Below, one piece after another: positions 9,742-19,781 of a stretch of DNA of 64,000 nt. The notes beneath the pieces were generated by a model. That model saw only the letters and a list, made by a program, of their open reading frames with translations, made no database searches and had not been told where the DNA came from. The first letter of the stretch is position 1; every line of letters starts with the position of its first letter. Position numbers and translations under genes: made by a program. This DNA is from an uncultured Gammaproteobacteria bacterium (GTDB taxonomy: Bacteria > Pseudomonadota > Gammaproteobacteria > Pseudomonadales > Azotimanducaceae), in the NCBI GenBank assembly GCA_963812255.1, contig CAWEUM010000007.1, positions 51,347 to 115,346 of the forward strand, given 5' to 3'.

Positions 9742-12215
9742 GCGCGACTCAATCAGGTTGTTGGCATTGTGGTGAGGCGCTGCGCACCGCGGAAAATCCC
9801 CAAGCCGTTGTTGCGGGTCGACCGCGCGCCGTGTGCTGCATCGGCTGTCGCGCCGCGGCCGAATGGATCGACGGTCTGGGGCTGGCCGATTACTACCGCC
9901 TCCGCAGCGAACCCGCTACCCGTCCCGTCGATACGGAAGCCGATCGACGCGACACGGCCGTCTGGATGCGGCCTGAGATGGCGCGGCACGTGGTCCGCGA
10001 TCTCGACAATGGCCGCCATGAAGCGATGATGTTGGTTGACGGTGTGCGTTGTACGGCGTGCGTGTGGTTGATCGAGCGGGCACTCGGCACGCTGCCGGGC
10101 ATCGAATCCGTACAGGTGAATGCGTCGGCGCAGCGCGCGCGAGTTGTCTGGGATTCCGCTACTTGTACGATCGCGCATATTGTCGAGACGCTCTCGCGTG
10201 CCGGATACCATACGCTGCCGCTCGATGCGCGCGCGCTCGACGATACGCGCAGAACCGAAATCCGCAGTGCGTTGAAGCGATTGATTGTGGCCGGGCTCGG
10301 CGCGATGCAGGCCATGATGTACGCCAGCGCGCTGTACCTGGGTGCTTTCGGCGGTGCGTTCGAGACAATGGATGCTTCGACGCGCGACCTGATGCGCTGG
10401 TTCGGCCTGCTGGTCGCGACGCCGGTGGTGTTCTATTCGGCGCGGCCGTTCTTCGCCGGCGCACTGCGCTGCCTGCGCGGACGTACTCTTGGTATGGATG
10501 TGCCCGTCGCACTGGCGATCGCACTGATTTACGCAGCGAGCCTGTTCCAGGCAATCGTTGGCGGCGGCGACGTCTACTTCGACTCGGTCAACATGTTCGT
10601 GTTCCTTCTGCTCATCGGGCGCTACTTCGAGATGCGGGCGCGGCATCGGGCCGGCGATCTGTCGGATGCGTTGACCCGACTCGCGCCGGTATCCGCCGAC
10701 CGGCGCACCGCCGACGAGAGCCTCGAACGCGTCGCGGCCATCGAACTGCTACCGGGTGACCGCGTGCGCGTCGCCGATGGCGCCAGCGTACCCGCCGACG
10801 GTGTACTGCTGAGTGGGCAATGCCGCGTGGACGAGGCACTGTTGTCGGGCGAATCAACACCGCTGCTCAAACGTGCTGGCGATACGCTGATCGCGGGCAG
10901 CGTAGTGATCGATGCGCCGGCTGATATGCGCGTTGAGCGTGTCGGTCCCGATACCGCGCTCGCCGGCATCATTGCGCTGGTGACGCGCGCGCAGACCGAG
11001 CGACCGCGCCTGGGACGTGCCGGCGAACGTGCCGCAAGCGGGTTCGTCGCGCGCGTACTGATACTCGCCACACTCACCGCCATCGGCTGGGCCGTATTCG
11101 ATCCCTCGCGTGCATTTACAGCCATGCTTGCAGTGTTGGTGGTGTCGTGTCCGTGCGCATTTGCAATCGCGGTACCCGCCTCGCTGACGCGCGCACTCGC
11201 GTTGCTGGCACGTCGCGGCGTGCTGGTCGTCCGACCGGACGCCATCGAGAACCTCGCCACCGCAACGCACGTGGTGTTCGATAAAACCGGTACGCTGACG
11301 GATCCGAAACTGACCCTGACGCGTATCCAGACGTTGCGCGAAAGCGAACCGGGAAACGCGCTTTCGCTAGCGGCCGCACTTTCCCAGGGTAGCCGTCACC
11401 CCGTTGGCGCATGGGTCGCGCAGGCTTGCGCGACCGCGAATCCGGCACCTATCGAAGCCTTACGCAGCTATGCCGGCGATGGTCTGGAGGGCGTCGTCGC
11501 CGGCCAGCGCGTGCGTCTGGGTCAAGCCGATTTCGCGCTCCGAGATCAACCCGTACCGCCTGGGCTGCGCGACAGCGTAGTGCTTGCCGACGACGCAGGT
11601 GCCATCGCCGCGTTTCACATCACTGAGCGACTACGCCCCTGTGCACGGACGTTGGTCGACGCGTGCGTGGCGGATGGACTCACCGTCGAGATACTCAGCG
11701 GTGACGACGCCGGAAAGGTCGCGGCGATCGCGGCACAACTTGGGATTGCGCGTTGGCGCGCACGCCAGCGGCCTGCTGACAAGCTCGCGCGACTCGCGCA
11801 ATTGCGCGCGGAGGGTGCACGCGTCGTTGCAATCGGCGACGGCATCAACGATTCACCCGTACTGGCGGGCGCCGACGTTGCGATCGCACTTGCCGATGGC
11901 AACCAACTGGCTCAGGCCGTCAGCGACATCGTGCTGCGCGGCCAACACCTCGACAGATTGACGCAGGCGCGCCGGGTTGCGCGTGAAACGCTTGCGGTCC
12001 TGCGCCAGAACCAGCGCTGGGCCTTCGGCTACAATCTGGTCGCGGTACCGTTTGCCGCGCTCGGATACGTGCCACCGTGGCTCGCAGCGCTGGGCATGTC
12101 GGTCAGTTCCCTCGTCGTGGTGCTGAATGCGCTGCGCATTGGACGTCACCGCGACCGGGCCGAGTCGCCACGCTCACCTGCTCCACAGGCAACTCCACAG
12201 GCTTCGCCGACGTGA
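9738..12215 (+). CDS. ccoI: heavy-metal (copper) translocating P-type ATPase, cbb3 maturation
   Basis: Cys-rich N-terminus (CWHC, CCIGC), HMA-like CTAC, CPC in TM6, DKTGTLT phosphorylation site and GDGINDSP hinge. Confidence 0.9.
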   Translation: MSATQSGCWHCGEALRTAENPQAVVAGRPRAVCCIGCRAAAEWIDGLGLADYYRLRSEPATRPVDTEADRRDTAVWMRPEMARHVVRDLDNGRHEAMMLVDGVRCTACVWLIERALGTLPGIESVQVNASAQRARVVWDSATCTIAHIVETLSRAGYHTLPLDARALDDTRRTEIRSALKRLIVAGLGAMQAMMYASALYLGAFGGAFETMDASTRDLMRWFGLLVATPVVFYSARPFFAGALRCLRGRTLGMDVPVALAIALIYAASLFQAIVGGGDVYFDSVNMFVFLLLIGRYFEMRARHRAGDLSDALTRLAPVSADRRTADESLERVAAIELLPGDRVRVADGASVPADGVLLSGQCRVDEALLSGESTPLLKRAGDTLIAGSVVIDAPADMRVERVGPDTALAGIIALVTRAQTERPRLGRAGERAASGFVARVLILATLTAIGWAVFDPSRAFTAMLAVLVVSCPCAFAIAVPASLTRALALLARRGVLVVRPDAIENLATATHVVFDKTGTLTDPKLTLTRIQTLRESEPGNALSLAAALSQGSRHPVGAWVAQACATANPAPIEALRSYAGDGLEGVVAGQRVRLGQADFALRDQPVPPGLRDSVVLADDAGAIAAFHITERLRPCARTLVDACVADGLTVEILSGDDAGKVAAIAAQLGIARWRARQRPADKLARLAQLRAEGARVVAIGDGINDSPVLAGADVAIALADGNQLAQAVSDIVLRGQHLDRLTQARRVARETLAVLRQNQRWAFGYNLVAVPFAALGYVPPWLAALGMSVSSLVVVLNALRIGRHRDRAESPRSPAPQATPQASPT

Positions 12216-12439
12216 ACATTCTCATCGTGATGATTCCGTTATCAATGATCCTGATGGTCGGAGCCGCAATCGCATTCTTCTGGGCGGTTGAGCACGACCA
12301 GTTCGACGACATGGATACGCCCGCGCTGCTGCCGCTGATGGATCCGCCCTCGTCACCGCAAACGGCAGCGCAGCAAACGACGGCGTCACATTCGATCGCT
12401 CCGTCGGCATACGCCGATCCGTCGGAGCCGCGCCCATGA
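12212..12439 (+). CDS. ccoS: cbb3-type cytochrome oxidase assembly protein CcoS
   Basis: (V->M)NILIVMIPLSMILMVGAAIAFFWAVEHDQFDDMDTPA matches the CcoS/FixS pattern (FFWA...GQ(F/Y)DD). GTG 12212 overlaps the ccoI stop (GTGA). Confidence 0.85.
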   Translation: MNILIVMIPLSMILMVGAAIAFFWAVEHDQFDDMDTPALLPLMDPPSSPQTAAQQTTASHSIAPSAYADPSEPRP

Positions 12440-13140
12440 CCGGCGCACTGACCATCGGCGCCGCGCTCATGCTGGGCCTCGTTGCAAGCGGACACTGTCT
12501 GGTGATGTGCGGCGGCATATCGACCGCGCTTGGCATCGCGACACAGAAGACGGCCGATGGTCGCTCGCGGCCAGAGCTGTTGCTCGGGTATCAACTCGGC
12601 CGGGTCGTCTCCTACACCCTTGCCGGCCTGCTGCTCGGTGGTGCATTCGGTAGCCTGATCGGCCTACTGGATATCGATGTAGTGCGCACCGGTCTGCGCA
12701 TGGCAAGCGCCGTTGCAATGCTGTTAGTCGCACTCGTCGTATACGGGCGCGTGCGCGATCCTGCCGCGGGTATCGGTCGATTGGTATGGCCCAAGCTCGC
12801 GCCACTCGGACGCATGCTGCTACCGGTCACGAATCTGCCGCGCGCCATTGGATTCGGCATGGTCTGGGGATGGATGCCTTGCGGCATGGTTTACGGCGTG
12901 CTGGTGATGGCAACGCTGCAGCTCGACCCCGTGCGCGCCGGCACCACAATGGCGGCATTCGGCCTGGGCACCGTGCCGGCGATGCTCGGCGTTGCTTTCG
13001 GCGCGCAACGCTTCACTGCGCGTTTCGCGTTCGCCCGTACCGGGCGACGCATCGCGTGCGGCATTCTGCTGGCAAGTGCCGCGGTCACATTTGCGGCACC
13101 CTGGCTGATGGCCAGCGCGCCGTGGCTGCACCGGATGTAG
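12436..13140 (+). CDS. TauE/SafE-like (sulfite exporter family) membrane protein commonly linked to ccoS
   Basis: 234-aa polytopic ORF with the GHCLVMCGG motif. ATGA overlap with ccoS. Confidence 0.75.
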   Translation: MTGALTIGAALMLGLVASGHCLVMCGGISTALGIATQKTADGRSRPELLLGYQLGRVVSYTLAGLLLGGAFGSLIGLLDIDVVRTGLRMASAVAMLLVALVVYGRVRDPAAGIGRLVWPKLAPLGRMLLPVTNLPRAIGFGMVWGWMPCGMVYGVLVMATLQLDPVRAGTTMAAFGLGTVPAMLGVAFGAQRFTARFAFARTGRRIACGILLASAAVTFAAPWLMASAPWLHRM

Positions 13141-13141
13141 T

Positions 13142-13321
13142 TCAACAGCAACGCTGTACACCACTCCACTTCCTTTGCTGCTGCGCGACATAGAAGGCGC
13201 GCCGATCGAGCCGGGTCTCGTTCCGGTGCCGCCGAGCATGATGTTCGATGTACCGCTCGTAGGCATCGTCGTCCGCGAGACGGCGCAGCGTTCGCCATAT
13301 GCCCGCCAACTTCTTGCTCAT
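13142..13321 (-). CDS. ybdD: YbdD/YjiX family small protein (DUF466), 59 aa; not in the ORF track because it is under 60 aa
   Basis: Hand translation gives MSKKLAGIWRTLRRLADDDAYERYIEHHARRHRNETRLDRRAFYVAQQQRKWSGVQRCC, with the family-typical ...RCC end. Its ATG overlaps the cstA stop (ATGA at 13318-13321), as in cstA-ybdD pairs. Confidence 0.8.
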   Translation of the reverse strand: MSKKLAGIWRTLRRLADDDAYERYIEHHARRHRNETRLDRRAFYVAQQQRKWSGVQRCC

Positions 13322-15378
13322 ACCCGCACCGCCGTGGAATCGTTGGCAGCCATCGGCACATACGCTGATTCGGTAGACGGCATCACCGGCCTCCCGTTCG
13401 CAACGCGCCAGCAGACACGCGCCGCGTCAGCAATGATCAACCAGACGATCGCGGCGAAAATCAACGTCAGCACCGCGTCGAGCCGCTGATTGAATATCAG
13501 ATTCGGCGCCACAGCGGCTTGCTTCGCGGGCAACAGGCCACCGGCCAGCTTCGTTGCGAGATCGTTCGCGGCTGCGATGAAGCCGATGCGCGGCTCGGCC
13601 GAGAAGATCTTCTGCCACGCGGCCGTCGTCGTGATGATTGCAAGCCACGCCAGCGGCACGCCGGTGACCCACGCATAACGCAACCTGCCCTGTTTGACGA
13701 CGAGCGCAGTGGCAACCGACAGCGCGATCGCCGCGAGCATCTGATTCGCGATACCGAACAACGGCCACAGGATGTTGACGCCGCCGTTCGGATCGATGAC
13801 TCCGATGTACAGAAAATATCCCCAGCCCGCCACGACGAGCGCGCTGGCAATCAACACTGACGGATAGGCCGACGTCTCCCCTAGTGGCCGCCATGCACGG
13901 CCCAGAAAGTCCTGCACCATGAAACGGCCCACGCGTGTGCCGGCATCCAAGGTCGTCAGAATGAATACGGCCTCGAACATGATCGCGAAGTGATACCACA
14001 TGGCCAGGAAACGCTCGCCGAACGCCGAGGAGAATATCGTCGCCATACCCACCGCCAGCGACGGCGCCCCGCCGGTGCGCGCGAACAGGCTCGACTCGCC
14101 CATCTCGCTCGCCAGCGCATGCATCTGATCGACGGTCACCGGGAAGCCCCATGATGAAATCGTCTGCACCGCGGTCTCGGCGGTGGTGCCGACGATCCCG
14201 GCGGGGCTGTTGATCGCGAAGAACACGCCGGGCTCCAGCAACGTGGCGGCGATCAGCGCAATCACCGCAACGAACGACTCCAGCATCATGCTGCCGTAGC
14301 CGATCGGCCGGACGTCGAGTTCGCTGCCGATCAGCTTCGGCGTGGTACCGCTCGAAACCAGCGCATGAAAACCCGAGATCGCTCCGCAGGCAATCGTGAT
14401 GAACACGAACGGGAAGATCTTGCCGCCGAAGATCGGGCCGGTGCCGTCGATGAATTGTGTGACGGCCGGCATCTTGATCTGTGGGTGCGTCGCCACCACC
14501 GCAACCGCCAACAGTACTATCGTGCCGATCTTCAGAAACGTCGACAGATAGTCGCGCGGCGCCAGCAGCAGCCACACCGGCACGATCGCCGCGAGGAATC
14601 CATATCCCATCACGAACCAGGCGAGCGACAGCGAGTCGAGATCGAACAGACGCGCCAACGCCGGCTGCTCGTTGAGCCAGCCACCGCCAACGACCGCGAA
14701 TATCAGCAGCGCGAACCCGAGCAGCGACGCCTCGATGACGCGCCCGGGACGGATGTTGCGCAGATACAGCCCGATCAGGACCGCGATCGGAATCGTCGCG
14801 AATACTGTCGCAGTCGCCCATGGACTGTGCTGCATTGCGTTGACAACGACGAGTCCGAGCACCGCGATCAGGATCACCAGAATCATCAGCGTGCCGATCA
14901 TCGCAGCGTTACCGCCGATCGGGCCGAGTTCATCACGTGCCATCCTGCCGAGGCTGCGTCCGTCGCGTCGCGTCGACAGGAAAAGAATCGTCATGTCCTG
15001 CACGCAGCCGCCGAGCACGCCGCCGATCAAAATCCACAGCAAGCCCGGCAGATAACCGAACTGCGCCGCCAACGTCGGGCCGATCAACGGGCCCGGGCCG
15101 GCGATCGCCGCGAAGTGATGGCCAAACACGATCCAGCGATTCGTCGGCACGAAGTCGCGGCCATTGTCGAGCCGCTCGGCGGGCGTCGCGCGCGTTCCAT
15201 CGAGTGTCAGCACGCGCGCCGCGACCCACGCGCTGTAGAAGCGGTAGCCCAGCGCGTAAACACACACCGCAGCCACGACGATCCACATCGCGTTGATCGT
15301 CTCGCCGCGATTCAGTGCAATACCGGACAGTGCGTACGCGCCGATCAACGCGACACCGAACCACAACAGCTTCTTCAT
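13318..15378 (-). CDS. cstA: carbon starvation protein A (peptide/pyruvate transporter)
   Basis: 686-aa polytopic ORF with the typical CstA N-terminus (INAMWIVVAAVCVYALGYRFYS) and FHALVSSGTTPK. Confidence 0.95.
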   Translation of the reverse strand: MKKLLWFGVALIGAYALSGIALNRGETINAMWIVVAAVCVYALGYRFYSAWVAARVLTLDGTRATPAERLDNGRDFVPTNRWIVFGHHFAAIAGPGPLIGPTLAAQFGYLPGLLWILIGGVLGGCVQDMTILFLSTRRDGRSLGRMARDELGPIGGNAAMIGTLMILVILIAVLGLVVVNAMQHSPWATATVFATIPIAVLIGLYLRNIRPGRVIEASLLGFALLIFAVVGGGWLNEQPALARLFDLDSLSLAWFVMGYGFLAAIVPVWLLLAPRDYLSTFLKIGTIVLLAVAVVATHPQIKMPAVTQFIDGTGPIFGGKIFPFVFITIACGAISGFHALVSSGTTPKLIGSELDVRPIGYGSMMLESFVAVIALIAATLLEPGVFFAINSPAGIVGTTAETAVQTISSWGFPVTVDQMHALASEMGESSLFARTGGAPSLAVGMATIFSSAFGERFLAMWYHFAIMFEAVFILTTLDAGTRVGRFMVQDFLGRAWRPLGETSAYPSVLIASALVVAGWGYFLYIGVIDPNGGVNILWPLFGIANQMLAAIALSVATALVVKQGRLRYAWVTGVPLAWLAIITTTAAWQKIFSAEPRIGFIAAANDLATKLAGGLLPAKQAAVAPNLIFNQRLDAVLTLIFAAIVWLIIADAARVCWRVANGRPVMPSTESAYVPMAANDSTAVRV

Positions 15379-15438
15379 CGATCGCGTTTTCCTTGCGGGC
15401 CTACCACGCGAAGATCTCGCCCTCGCCTGCCGGTGGAC

Positions 15439-16686
15439 CTACCACAAGCCGTACTTCTGCACTTCAGCACGACCCACCACCATGTGGTGCACCTCGTCGG
15501 GGCCGTCAGCAAAGCGCAGATGGCGCATGTCGGTGTACAGGCCTGCCAGCGGTGTCCACTGCGACACACCGGTCGCGCCATGCATCTGGATCGCGGCATC
15601 GATGATCTGACAGACCTTCTCCGGCACCATCGCCTTCACCGCGCTCACGTACACACGCGCCTCCTTGTTGCCGAGCACGTCCATTGCTTTCGCGGCCTGC
15701 AGCACGGACAGACGCATTGCGTTGATGTCGATGCGGGCGCGGGAAATGATTTCCAGGTTGCCACCGAGTTTGACGATCGGCTTGCCGAACGCTTCTCGGC
15801 TCGCGGCGCGCTTGACCATCAGTTCCAGCGCCACCTCGGCTTTGCCGATCGAGCGCATGCAGTGGTGAATCCGACCAGGGCCGAGACGCACCTGGGAGAT
15901 TTCGAAGCCGCGTCCAACACCGAGGAGAATGTTGTCTTTCGGTACCCGCACATTGTTGAACTTCAGGTGCATGTGGCCGCGCGGGGCGTGGTCTTCGCCG
16001 AACACCTGCATCCCTTCCAGCATCTCCACGCCGGGCGCGTCGGTAGGTACCAGAATCTGCGACTGCTGCTTGCTCGGCGGCGCCTCGGGATCGGTTTTGA
16101 CCATCACGATCATGATCTTGCAACGCGGATCACCCGCGCCGGAGATGTAGAACTTCTCGCCGTTGATGACCCATTCATCGCCGTCGAGCACCGCCCGGGT
16201 ACTGATGTTCTTGGCATCCGACGACGGTAACCCCGGTTCGGTCATCGCATACGCCGAACGGATTTCGCCATTCAGCAGCGGTTTCAGCCACTTCTCCTTC
16301 TGCGCTTCGGTGCCGACCCGCTCGAGAACCTCCATATTGCCGGTGTCCGGCGCACTGCAGTTCAACGATTCGGACGCCAGCGCGTACTTGCCGAGTTCGG
16401 CGGCAATGTAGGCATAGTCGAGATTCGTGAGCCCCTCACCGGTTTCCGAATCCGGCAGGAAGAAGTTCCACAGGCCAGACTCCTTCGCTTTTCGCTTGGC
16501 GCCGTCCAGCAACTCGAGCTGACGCGGATGCCACGACCAGCGATCCTTCTTCTGCTTGTCGAGCTCAAAAAACTCCTCGGTGATCGGCACCACGTTTTCC
16601 TGGATATGCTTCGTGACTGCGTCCATCAGCGGTTGCGCTTGGTCGGACATGGCCAGGTTGAACAGGTCCTTATTCAGATCGGACAT
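15439..16686 (-). CDS. acyl-CoA dehydrogenase family protein
   Basis: Start at ATG 16686 (MSDLNKDLFNL...) with GAGGGGAG upstream. Motifs AYAMTEP, GPGRIHHCMR and DGPDEVH. Only 60 bp upstream of cstA. Confidence 0.9.
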   Translation of the reverse strand: MSDLNKDLFNLAMSDQAQPLMDAVTKHIQENVVPITEEFFELDKQKKDRWSWHPRQLELLDGAKRKAKESGLWNFFLPDSETGEGLTNLDYAYIAAELGKYALASESLNCSAPDTGNMEVLERVGTEAQKEKWLKPLLNGEIRSAYAMTEPGLPSSDAKNISTRAVLDGDEWVINGEKFYISGAGDPRCKIMIVMVKTDPEAPPSKQQSQILVPTDAPGVEMLEGMQVFGEDHAPRGHMHLKFNNVRVPKDNILLGVGRGFEISQVRLGPGRIHHCMRSIGKAEVALELMVKRAASREAFGKPIVKLGGNLEIISRARIDINAMRLSVLQAAKAMDVLGNKEARVYVSAVKAMVPEKVCQIIDAAIQMHGATGVSQWTPLAGLYTDMRHLRFADGPDEVHHMVVGRAEVQKYGLW

Positions 16687-16832
16687 CAATCTCCCCTCAA
16701 TGAGCGTTGCGTGACAGCAGACTATCGTGCCTCGTCGCCGCTTCAGCAAGACCCACATACCGTTCGTCTCGCACTTGCGATCCGCGCGCCCATGCGCATG
16801 ATGGCGCCTTTGCCTTTCAGGAGCGCGAGATC

Positions 16833-17516
16833 ATGGAGTTCGAGGAAGTCGTGCAAGGACGCCGCAGCATTCGCGGCTTCAAACCGGACCCGGTGCCGCG
16901 CAAGGTCCTCGAAGAGGTGATCGAACTCGCGACGCGCGCGCCGTCGTCGATGAACACACAGCCGTGGCACCTCTACGTTGTTGCAGGCGAACCCTTACAG
17001 CGAATTCGCCGTGGCAATACCGAGCGCAATCTCGCGGGTGTCAAACCGTCGCGAGAGATCCGCTCGCACGGCGAGTATCGCGGTGTACACCGGCAGCGAC
17101 AAATCGAGATCGCGGTACAGCTGTTCCAGGCGATGGGCATCGAGCGACACGACACGGTAGGCCGTCAGGATTGGGTGCTCCGCGGCTTCCGGCAGTTCGA
17201 TGCACCCGTCTCGATCGTGGTGACATATGACAAAGAACTCGAAGGCGGCGACATCGGGCAGTTCGATTGCGGCTCGCTGGTGAACGGGCTCGTACTCGCG
17301 GCCTGGTCGAAGGGGCTCGGTGCGGTCGTGAACAGTCAGGGCATCATGCAGTCGCCGGTCGTGCGCAAACATGCCGGCATTTCGGATGATCAGGTGATCA
17401 TGATTTGTGTGGCGATCGGCTATCCGGACGACAGGTTCGCTGCGAACCACGTGCGATCCCAGCGCAGACCCGTCGCGGAGGTCGCCTCGTTCGTCGGCTT
17501 TGACGAAGTGGAGTAA
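16833..17516 (+). CDS. nitroreductase family protein
   Basis: MEFEEVVQGRRSIRGFKPDPVP...SSMNTQPWHLYVV are classic nitroreductase N-terminal motifs. The listed ORF start 16707 is upstream and unlikely. Confidence 0.85.
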   Translation: MEFEEVVQGRRSIRGFKPDPVPRKVLEEVIELATRAPSSMNTQPWHLYVVAGEPLQRIRRGNTERNLAGVKPSREIRSHGEYRGVHRQRQIEIAVQLFQAMGIERHDTVGRQDWVLRGFRQFDAPVSIVVTYDKELEGGDIGQFDCGSLVNGLVLAAWSKGLGAVVNSQGIMQSPVVRKHAGISDDQVIMICVAIGYPDDRFAANHVRSQRRPVAEVASFVGFDEVE

Positions 17517-17578
17517 GGTTGCCCCAGCATTCGGTATCTACCAAGTGAGTTGACCGGCTTCACCCAAGAGAAAATTGC

Positions 17579-18817
17579 ATGCAAGAGCCATCAGCATCGA
17601 ACGCCGCCAGCCTGGATACCTTCGATCCAAGCATGATCGCGCGGCCCCACGCGTTCTACGAGCAACTGCGTGCGAAAGCGCCTATCGTCTGGATTCCCCA
17701 GTTGGAAGCCTGGGTACTGACCCGATACGACGATGTGCGCGCGGTTCTGCGCGATCACGAGCAGTGGTCGAGCATGCGCGGCGAAGACCGGCGCACTCTC
17801 GAGCATTCCGGCGTGGTAATCGAAACCGTCGCGCCGCGCGGCACGCTCGATATGTTGGGCGCCGACCGGCCGGATCACACGCGGCTGCGCAAACTGCTGG
17901 CGCTGGATTTCACCCCGGCGAAAATCAACCGAATGCAGCCGCGCGTCGACGCGATCTCGAAGGCGCTTCTGCGCGACGCCGCGCAACGGCCCACCTTCGA
18001 CGTTGCGGAGGAACTGGCGGTGCCGTTGCCCGTCACGGTGATCGCAGAATTGCTCGGCATCCCCCCGGAACTCGGGCGCCAGTTCAAGGCGTGGTCAGAC
18101 GCGGTGATCGAACCGCTTCGACCGGACGCGACCGACGCACAGGTGCGCGCCCGCAACGAACAGGTGGTCGCGTTCCGCAGTTATCTACAGGCACGCATCG
18201 CGGAACGCCATGCTGCCCCGACGGACGATTTCATCGGCCGCCTGGTCGCTGCTCACGAACTCGCGGACAAACTCACCGACAACGAATTGTTGGCGGCGGT
18301 GACGTTGCTGCTGCTGGCGGGCAATGAAACGACGACGAATCTCATTTCCAACGCAACGCTGGCCCTGTGCATTTTCCCCGACAGACAACGCGAACTGCGC
18401 GAGCACCCGGAACTCATCGATGCCGCCGTGGAAGAATTCCTGCGCTACGACGGCTCCGTGCAGTTCACCTCGCGTCGCGCAATTCGCGACGCACAGATAC
18501 ACGGCCAGACGGTAAAGGCCGGTCAGCACGTGATCGTGGTGCTTGCGTCGGCCAATCGCGACGAGCGCATATTCGACAATCCCAACGAACTGCGTTTCGA
18601 CCGGCCCGCGCACAAACACCTTGGACTCGGCGATTGGATTCATATCTGTCTTGGGCAGTTTCTCGCACGAATGGAAACGCGCGCAGCCATGCTCGCGTTG
18701 CTTGCCGCGTATCCGCAATTCGAACTGGCAGTGCCGGAACACGAAATTCCGTATCGCGCGAACTTCAATCTGCGCGGCCCGAAGCACTTGCTGATTCGAC
18801 CTGCCGCGGCCGGTTAG
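17579..18817 (+). CDS. cytochrome P450
   Basis: 412-aa ORF with the I-helix LLLAGNETT, EEFLRY (ExxR) and a Cys-ligand loop LGDWIHICLG (Cys codon at 18647-18649). Confidence 0.9.
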   Translation: MQEPSASNAASLDTFDPSMIARPHAFYEQLRAKAPIVWIPQLEAWVLTRYDDVRAVLRDHEQWSSMRGEDRRTLEHSGVVIETVAPRGTLDMLGADRPDHTRLRKLLALDFTPAKINRMQPRVDAISKALLRDAAQRPTFDVAEELAVPLPVTVIAELLGIPPELGRQFKAWSDAVIEPLRPDATDAQVRARNEQVVAFRSYLQARIAERHAAPTDDFIGRLVAAHELADKLTDNELLAAVTLLLLAGNETTTNLISNATLALCIFPDRQRELREHPELIDAAVEEFLRYDGSVQFTSRRAIRDAQIHGQTVKAGQHVIVVLASANRDERIFDNPNELRFDRPAHKHLGLGDWIHICLGQFLARMETRAAMLALLAAYPQFELAVPEHEIPYRANFNLRGPKHLLIRPAAAG

Positions 18818-18843
18818 ATACACGACGCGTTCACGACACTGCC

Positions 18844-19371
18844 ATGAGGACGCAGCTCTACAAGGTATCGGCCCCACGCGCCGACAAGATGTTCCATCCC
18901 AGCACCTTCTGGCACACACCGGATTGGGAGAGCAGTACGACGCGTCGTCGAGAGGGCTGTATCGAGGACGACGTCCTCTACGCGGGGGACTTCGACGAGG
19001 TGAGCATCCACCTGTTTCCGCGCGTGAGAACGGTCCGGGTGCGCTCGGCCGACGTTGATGCCACGACGCTGCGCGACCTGGGCCTCCGATGCGTACCGGG
19101 GAAATCGGCCTATATCTTCACCCACCATTCGCGACGCACGGAAATTGAGTCTTTCCATCCGACCGTTTTCAGGTTTCGAGTGGACGGTTTCGTGCGCGTT
19201 TGGAAGGGCGAATTCATTTCGCGTGTCGCTCAGCAGGCAATCTCTGCCGAAACAATGCCGATCGCGGACGCGATCGATAGATGGAACGTCCAAGCGTGCT
19301 ACGTCGATGAACTGGATGGTCTGACAGCGCGCCTAACTCGAAGAGGCATCTACTACGACGCACAGACATAG
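18844..19371 (+). CDS. hypothetical protein (175 aa), probably co-transcribed with the P450
   Basis: ATG lies 27 nt after the P450 stop and the third-position bias looks coding. I recognise no motif. Confidence 0.45.
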   Translation: MRTQLYKVSAPRADKMFHPSTFWHTPDWESSTTRRREGCIEDDVLYAGDFDEVSIHLFPRVRTVRVRSADVDATTLRDLGLRCVPGKSAYIFTHHSRRTEIESFHPTVFRFRVDGFVRVWKGEFISRVAQQAISAETMPIADAIDRWNVQACYVDELDGLTARLTRRGIYYDAQT

Positions 19372-19402
19372 CGAGAGGTCCGACGAGACCGATTTTGAGC
19401 AC

Positions 19403-19771
19403 GTGCGTGTCGGCTCAATTGTCATACGGTGCTACGAGTACGAGCGCATGTTCGCGTTCTGGCAGGCGGCGCTACACTACGAAGTGGAGCACGCCGATCC
19501 GAATGGTGGCTTCGTCATTCTTCGCGACCCACATCGTTTCGGCCCCAACATCTCGATCGACCAAGCTCCGAACCGGCGGAGTGGAAAGAGAAGTTGGCTC
19601 CACCTCGACCTCTACACCACGAACCAGGAGAACGAGGTGGAGCGAATGGTTCAGCTTGGCGCGACACGGTATCCGTGGCGGTACGGCCGTGACTCCGACT
19701 ATGTGGTGCTGCAAGATCCGGACGGCAACCTCTTCTGCGTGGTCAAAGTTCCAGAGCATTATCGAAAATGA
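19403..19771 (+). CDS. VOC (glyoxalase/bleomycin-resistance/dioxygenase) family protein
   Basis: 122-aa ORF with a VOC-like pattern: an N-terminal beta-strand (VGSIVIRC), HLDLY...VLQDPDGNLFCVV. Confidence 0.8.
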   Translation: MRVGSIVIRCYEYERMFAFWQAALHYEVEHADPNGGFVILRDPHRFGPNISIDQAPNRRSGKRSWLHLDLYTTNQENEVERMVQLGATRYPWRYGRDSDYVVLQDPDGNLFCVVKVPEHYRK

Positions 19772-19781
19772 ATCGCGCGAT

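Noticed and set aside
14365-16230. 621-aa ORF antisense to cstA and the acyl-CoA dehydrogenase gene.
   Set aside because: Same GC-shadow artefact. It spans an intergenic gap between two well-supported genes and has no recognisable motif.
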